DNA of 64,000 nucleotides from an uncultured delta proteobacterium. Lineage in GTDB: Bacteria; Myxococcota_A; Polyangia; Polyangiales; Polyangiaceae. The stretch lies in the NCBI GenBank assembly GCA_963850305.1, contig CAWKKR010000008.1, positions 608,001 to 672,000 of the forward strand, in the 5' to 3' direction. Below, piece by piece: positions 58,776-64,000 of the stretch. Position 1 is the stretch's first letter. Each line of letters opens with the position of its first letter. Below the pieces are notes generated by a model, which saw only the letters and a list, made by a program, of their open reading frames with translations, had not been told where the DNA came from and did no database searches. The position numbers and the translations under genes are program-made.

Positions 58776-60344
58776 ATGAAGTGCCGCTCGCGCGCCGGCC
58801 GACTTTCGTCCCGGAAGGGATTGGTCGTAACGCTCGCACTTTTCGTCGCGGTATCCGGTTGTCGCACCACGGACGAGGACGTCCATCGCTGGGCCAACAC
58901 GGCCCAGGGTCCCCGCAAGCTGGTGGCGGTGCTGGAACACGACAAGTACCCGATGGATCTCCGCATCGAATCGGCGCTGACGCTGGTCGACATGAAGCCG
59001 CGCGCAGGTCGCCGGATTGGCATCGGTGACCTCGTCGACAGCCTGAACGAGCTTCCGGCGTCCGAACGCGCGAAGATCGTGACGGGCATGGTGCCGCGCC
59101 TGGACGCGGAAATCCGGAAGCCGGCCACCGGCACTGGCGAATCCCGCGTCGATACGTCGATCCCATACAAGGACGCGGCGTACGCGCTCCTAACCAATGA
59201 CGGAGGGCCGCTGGTCACCGACAGGGCGCAAGTCGAGACATTGCATGCAGCGCTCACTCAATGGGCGATGACGGATTTTTCCGCGCGAATGGACGACTCG
59301 TCGCAGGCATACGGGATGGAGCAGGTGCTCCGCATGCTCGGTGCAAGCGGAGTGCGCGGGTTGCCGGCGCTCATCCAGCTGGATTTCCCGAAACTGGATC
59401 GCGTTTCCGATCTGATCTCGGACCTCGGAGACCCTGCCACGAAGCTCGAGGCGAGCAAGAAGCTCGTTGCGGTCGCTCAGGCCATCAACGCGGACACGTG
59501 GATCAAAACCTGGACGCCCAAGCTCGAAGCCGCCGACGAGGCCCAAAAGCTGAAGCCAACGAAAGATCAACTCGCGAAGCAGGTGGAGCAGTACCAGGAG
59601 GAAGAGCTCCTCCGCGTTTTTGGATCGATGAAGAAGATCGGGCAAGAACCGATCGTCGAGTACCTCTTGAACTTCGCGCTCGACAAGTCCCAGAGTGAAA
59701 AGCGACGGAGCACGGCGCTCGTGGCGCTCGAAGGGCAAATCGACAAGGACAACAAGAGCCAGGTCGATCGCGTCCTGTCCCTCGCGAGCGGAGAAGACAC
59801 GCCCGATGCGGTGCGCGATGCCGCTTTGCGCATCGCGGGGGATCTCCCGCGGCCGCGCGTCGTCGAACGCCTCTACGCGATGTTCGACAACAAGGAGTGG
59901 AAGATCCGGTGGGTCGCGGCGGAGCTGGTGCTGAAGATGAGCGACAGCTCGCAGATCGACGAGTTCATGGCGCACCTCGCGCACGCCAAGGGCATGAGCA
60001 TCACCGAACCGCTCCGCTACGGAACGCTCATCGGCCAGCTGAAGAAGGTGAAGGTCGATCCGATCGCCGCCATCGACCGCTACACCGATCCGCAGTACCC
60101 AGTCGAAGATCGATTGAGCGCGCTCGGCTATTACTACGAAGGCGGCACGAGCAAGGACCTGCCGAAGGTCGACCGCTATGCATCCGACACGACCAAGGTG
60201 CCCGAGTGCCTGCCTGCAGCGAAGGAGTGCGAGTGGAAGTGCACCGTGGACGCCGGGGAAAAGACCGTGGCGACCGTCGGAGACTTCGTCACGTTTTGCG
60301 TGAAGCCTGCTCTAGAGAAACGTGCGCCCTCGAAAGGCAAGTAA
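58776..60344 (+). CDS. HEAT-repeat-like lipoprotein
   Basis: VSGC lipobox; all-helical repeats; Cys-rich C-terminus. Confidence 0.75.
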   Translation: MKCRSRAGRLSSRKGLVVTLALFVAVSGCRTTDEDVHRWANTAQGPRKLVAVLEHDKYPMDLRIESALTLVDMKPRAGRRIGIGDLVDSLNELPASERAKIVTGMVPRLDAEIRKPATGTGESRVDTSIPYKDAAYALLTNDGGPLVTDRAQVETLHAALTQWAMTDFSARMDDSSQAYGMEQVLRMLGASGVRGLPALIQLDFPKLDRVSDLISDLGDPATKLEASKKLVAVAQAINADTWIKTWTPKLEAADEAQKLKPTKDQLAKQVEQYQEEELLRVFGSMKKIGQEPIVEYLLNFALDKSQSEKRRSTALVALEGQIDKDNKSQVDRVLSLASGEDTPDAVRDAALRIAGDLPRPRVVERLYAMFDNKEWKIRWVAAELVLKMSDSSQIDEFMAHLAHAKGMSITEPLRYGTLIGQLKKVKVDPIAAIDRYTDPQYPVEDRLSALGYYYEGGTSKDLPKVDRYASDTTKVPECLPAAKECEWKCTVDAGEKTVATVGDFVTFCVKPALEKRAPSKGK

Positions 60345-60400
60345 GCTCCGCGTCGCGAGAATAGCGACGATCCCAAAAGCACCGTAAGGCCCCCGCGGAA

Positions 60401-61186
60401 ATGTCCGACGCGAACAAGAAATCAGCCCGCAATTTCCAGTGTCGTGATGCGCTCTGGGAAAAGTTCGAGCAAATGGCTCGCGAGCTCGAATGCTCGATCG
60501 ATTACCTGGTGAACGACGCCATGAAGCAATACCTGCGACAGCGCGGGTACGGCAGCACGGCCGCATCGATGTCCATCGCACCGGGTACAGGCAACGGACC
60601 TCCATCGCCGGCCGCGGTTGCAGCCCCGCCGCCGCCGCCGCCGCCACCGCCGCCGGCCGCGCCACCACGCGGGTCATTCGCGCCCCCACCTCCCCCGCCG
60701 CCGCCACCCGCCGCAGCCCGAGGCTCGACGGGCCAGTTGCCGCCATTGCCACCAGGAGCGTCAGGGGCCATGAGCGCGCGGCGCGGACCGCCGCCCCCTC
60801 CCGCCGCGCGCGCGATGAGCCGTGCGCCCACACCGCCACCAGTTCCCGCGCCTGCCGCGGCCGCGCCTCGCGGGGGACCGCCCCCGATGGCGCCCATGCA
60901 GCGCGCCGCGCAGCTCTACATTTACTACATGGGGGAGCGCTTCCAGGTGACGAAGGAGCGCTTCATCATCGGGCGCGGCAAACAATCGAGTGATCTGACC
61001 ATCAAGGATCCGAACGTCTCGCGGCAACACGCGATGGTCGAGTATCTGAATGGCCAGTATTACATCGTCGACATGGGCTCGACGAACGGCGTGGAGTACA
61101 ACGGCCAGCGCGTTCAACGTCGCGTCATCAACGATGGCGACACGTTCCGAGTCTGCGACCACGAACTTCGCTTCGCGCTGCAATAG
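60401..61186 (+). CDS. RHH + proline-rich linker + FHA protein
   Basis: RNFQCRDALWEKFEQMARELECSIDYLVNDAMKQY; IGRG..SD...DPNVSRQHA..DMGSTNG. Confidence 0.85.
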   Translation: MSDANKKSARNFQCRDALWEKFEQMARELECSIDYLVNDAMKQYLRQRGYGSTAASMSIAPGTGNGPPSPAAVAAPPPPPPPPPPAAPPRGSFAPPPPPPPPPAAARGSTGQLPPLPPGASGAMSARRGPPPPPAARAMSRAPTPPPVPAPAAAAPRGGPPPMAPMQRAAQLYIYYMGERFQVTKERFIIGRGKQSSDLTIKDPNVSRQHAMVEYLNGQYYIVDMGSTNGVEYNGQRVQRRVINDGDTFRVCDHELRFALQ

Positions 61187-61196
61187 TCGTCGGCGC

Positions 61197-62453
61197 GTGC
61201 AGGGACGGAAGCGCGTCGCAGCCTTCTTGAGCCTATCGGCCGCGACCGTGCTGGCCCAGGGCGCGCCTCCCTGGACTTTACGGGATCGGCCTGGGCTGCC
61301 GGACGATGCACGAAGCGTAACGATCGTTCGGAAGAACGAGCCCATCTTCACGAGTCCGGACTCGAGCGCCCCACGCCGCGGCGCAGCCGCGATCGGCGCG
61401 CGGCTGCCGCTCTACGGCGCCAGGCGAGGCCCCGGGTGCAGGAGCGACTGGCTCCTCGTCGGCCCCGTCGCATGGATGTGCGGCGACGCGACGGAGGTCT
61501 CTACGGAACCACCGCTCTCCGCAGACTCGGACACGCCTTCGAGCGCGGACGGGTTACCCGAGAAGTATTCTTTCATCGGCGATGAAGGAGCTCTCGCCTA
61601 CGCCGACCTCGCGTCTGCGGGCGAAGAGGCGCCGACGGAAGAACTGCAGCCCGGCTTCGCCGTCTCCATCACGGAGACCCGTAACGGGCCGCGCGGTGAT
61701 CCGTTCTCGCTCACGACGAAGGGACTCTGGATCGCGGCCGCCAACCTCGTCCCGGTGCGGCCCCTCGACTTTCATGGCTACGCCGTGATCGGCGGGGAGC
61801 TCGATCACGGCTGGGTGGTAGCCGACGTCGCGAGAGTGCACGCGACGCCCGGCGAGCCGAAGCTCACGGGCGCGGTGAGACGCCGCTTCGAGACGTTCCC
61901 CGTGCTCGAGTCGCGCGACGTGAAGGGACGAACGTGGGTCCGCGTCGCAGAAGGTGCGTGGCTCGACGGCGACGACGTCCGTGTACCCGTCGCGAGCGCG
62001 CCCCCCGCCGAGGCACGTGCCGGCGAACGATGGCTCGACGTGGATCTGGAGCACCAGGTCGTGACGGCGTACGAGGGTGAGCGCGCCGTCTACACGACGC
62101 TGACCTCGACCGGGGTGGGGCGTGGCGACGACGTCACCGCGACCCCGCTCGGGGTCCACCGGATCTGGGTCAAACTCCGCACGACCGACATGACCAACCT
62201 CGAGGATGCCGAAGCCCGTCGCTATTACGCGATCGAGGATGTGCCCTGGGTGATGTTCTTCCAGAAGGGTTACGGCTTCCACGGAGCGTTCTGGCACCGA
62301 TCGTTCGGACACGTCAGGAGTCACGGATGCGTGAACCTGACGCCGCTCGACGCGGAGCAATTATTTCGATGGGCAAGCCCACGCTTGCCCGCGGGCTGGA
62401 CGGCCGTGCTTCCCACCGAATACGACCCAGGGACGCTCGTTCGAGTACGATGA
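61197..62453 (+). CDS. L,D-transpeptidase (YkuD family)
   Basis: TPLG, FHGAFWH, SHGCVNL. Confidence 0.9.
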   Translation: MQGRKRVAAFLSLSAATVLAQGAPPWTLRDRPGLPDDARSVTIVRKNEPIFTSPDSSAPRRGAAAIGARLPLYGARRGPGCRSDWLLVGPVAWMCGDATEVSTEPPLSADSDTPSSADGLPEKYSFIGDEGALAYADLASAGEEAPTEELQPGFAVSITETRNGPRGDPFSLTTKGLWIAAANLVPVRPLDFHGYAVIGGELDHGWVVADVARVHATPGEPKLTGAVRRRFETFPVLESRDVKGRTWVRVAEGAWLDGDDVRVPVASAPPAEARAGERWLDVDLEHQVVTAYEGERAVYTTLTSTGVGRGDDVTATPLGVHRIWVKLRTTDMTNLEDAEARRYYAIEDVPWVMFFQKGYGFHGAFWHRSFGHVRSHGCVNLTPLDAEQLFRWASPRLPAGWTAVLPTEYDPGTLVRVR

Positions 62454-62472
62454 CCCTCGTGGAGACGCTCGC

Positions 62473-64000
62473 GTGGTCTCGATAGTGCACGCCGCGCGCG
62501 ACATCGGTCGCGTCCGAGACATTTCGGCGGTCCTCGCTCGCTACGGATTCGGCGAGGTGCTGGGGAAAATGGGCTTCGGACCGAAGCGCAGCGAGCCCGC
62601 GGACTCGGAGGCGAGAGGCCGGTCGTGGGCGACGCGGCTCCGCATGGCGCTGGAAGAACTGGGGCCATCGTTCGTGAAGCTCGGGCAGATCATGTCCACG
62701 AGGGCGGACCTGCTCCCGCCGGAACTCATCGCCGAACTCACCAAGCTTCAAGACTCGGTACCGCCGGTGGCGTTCGCGGAGATCAAGGAGCAAGTGGAGC
62801 GCTCCCTCGGCGCCGACCTCGGCGAAATCTTCGCGGAGGTGGACGAGACGCCGCTCGCAGCCGCCAGCATCGCTCAAGTGCACCGCGGAAAGCTGCGTAC
62901 GGAAGATGGCTTAATGGATGTCGTCGTCAAGGTGCAGCGCCCCGGCATCGGCGACACCATCTCGAGCGACCTCGACATCTTGCACACATTTGCCGCGCTC
63001 CTCGAGCGCGCGGTCCCGGAGAGCCGGATCTATTCGCCGGTCGGGCTCGTGCACCAGTTCGACCGAGCCATCACGAGCGAGCTCGATTTCGTGACGGAAG
63101 CGGAGAACGCCGTTCGCTTCGCGCAGAACTTCGAAGGGTACAAGAACGTCAAGTTCCCGAAGGTCTATCGCCGGGCGACGAGCAAGCACGTGATCACGCT
63201 CGAATATCTCGACGGGAAAAAGATCTTCGACGCGATCGCGGCGGGACATTCGGGGAAGACGCTCACGCGACTCGCGATGGACGTCCTCGTGAAACAAGTG
63301 TTCGAGGACGGGTTTTTCCACGCCGACCCGCACCCCGGGAACGTTCTCGTCCTCGGCACTCCCGAGGACCCGACCTTGGCGATGCTCGATCTCGGCATGG
63401 TCGGCCGGCTCAGCCCCCGTCTTCGTGATCTCGCCGTCGATCTCGATGATCGCGGCGGTGCGGAAGGACTGCGAGGCGATCGCCGACGTTCTCTATTCGA
63501 TCGGCACACCGACGAAGAAGATCGACATGCACGCGTATCGTGCGGAGGTCGCGATGCTGGCGGAGAAGTACCTCGGCAAGCAGCTCAAGGACATAGAACT
63601 GTCGGCCATCATCCGGGACATTGCACAGGGCGCGATGAAGTTCGGGCTGGAAGTGCCCACTGATTTTTTGTTGGTCGGCAAAGCTTTGATGACGACCGAG
63701 GGCGTGGCCAAGGCCGTCGCGCCCGATCTCGACGTGTTCGAAGAAGCGCGACCGCTCTTTCTCGACCTCGTGAGGAAGCGGTACTCACCGGAGAGGCTCG
63801 GCAACGAGTTGCTCCGGCGCCTCGAGCGGCTGAGCGGCGCAACGTCGGATCTGCCGGAGCAAATTCGCGACGTCCTCGACGATCTGCGCTTCGGCCGGCT
63901 CACGGTGCGCACGACCAATCCCGACTCGACCGGTGCAAGCGATCGTCTCGGACGACGGATCTATTCCGGAATGGTCGCAAGCTCGCTCATCTTGTCGGGA
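62473..64000 (+). CDS. AarF/ABC1/UbiB-family kinase; frameshift ~63445; runs off the right edge
   Basis: ELGPSFVKLGQ, AAASIAQVH, VVKVQRP, FFHADPHPGN, LDLGMVG. Confidence 0.92.

Noticed and set aside
60600..60890. CCG-rich repeats; also the 45-bp duplication at ~14110-14205
   Set aside because: Explained by poly-Pro and Gly/Ser/Thr linker coding

Overview
GC-rich chromosomal segment whose gene content (TIGR02266-type PilZ, MXAN_2561/2562-like pair, many Ser/Thr kinases, PEGA/TPR proteins, Cys-rich lipoproteins) points to a myxobacterium, probably Polyangiales/Sorangium-like. About 55 CDS were read by eye. Eight single-base frameshifts in otherwise intact genes look like long-read consensus errors. 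Main blocks: (1) diadenylate cyclase, PilZ protein, a two-repeat basic DNA-binding protein and a CFA/sphingolipid-C9-type methyltransferase (0.7-5.8 kb); (2) a pseudokinase-PEGA pair, a BtuCDF/FecBCDE-type ABC transporter and a cobalamin riboswitch with attenuator in front of a btuB-like receptor and three uncharacterised lipoproteins (6.5-19.6 kb); (3) a plastic region with intact and broken toxin-antitoxin genes, an attC-like half hairpin and phased repeats, ending at an orphan FliI/SctN ATPase (20.3-28.2 kb); (4) envelope genes, surA and a candidate structured RNA; (5) a c-di-GMP cluster (HK, PDE, kinase-PilZ, DGC) next to a 21 x 21-bp modular repeat array (34.8-42 kb); (6) core genes: recA with a LexA box, rseP, lpxC, ftsK, an L,D-transpeptidase and a UbiB-family kinase. 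No rRNA, tRNA, CRISPR array, transposase or integrase was seen. All family calls are from motif recognition; no searches were run.
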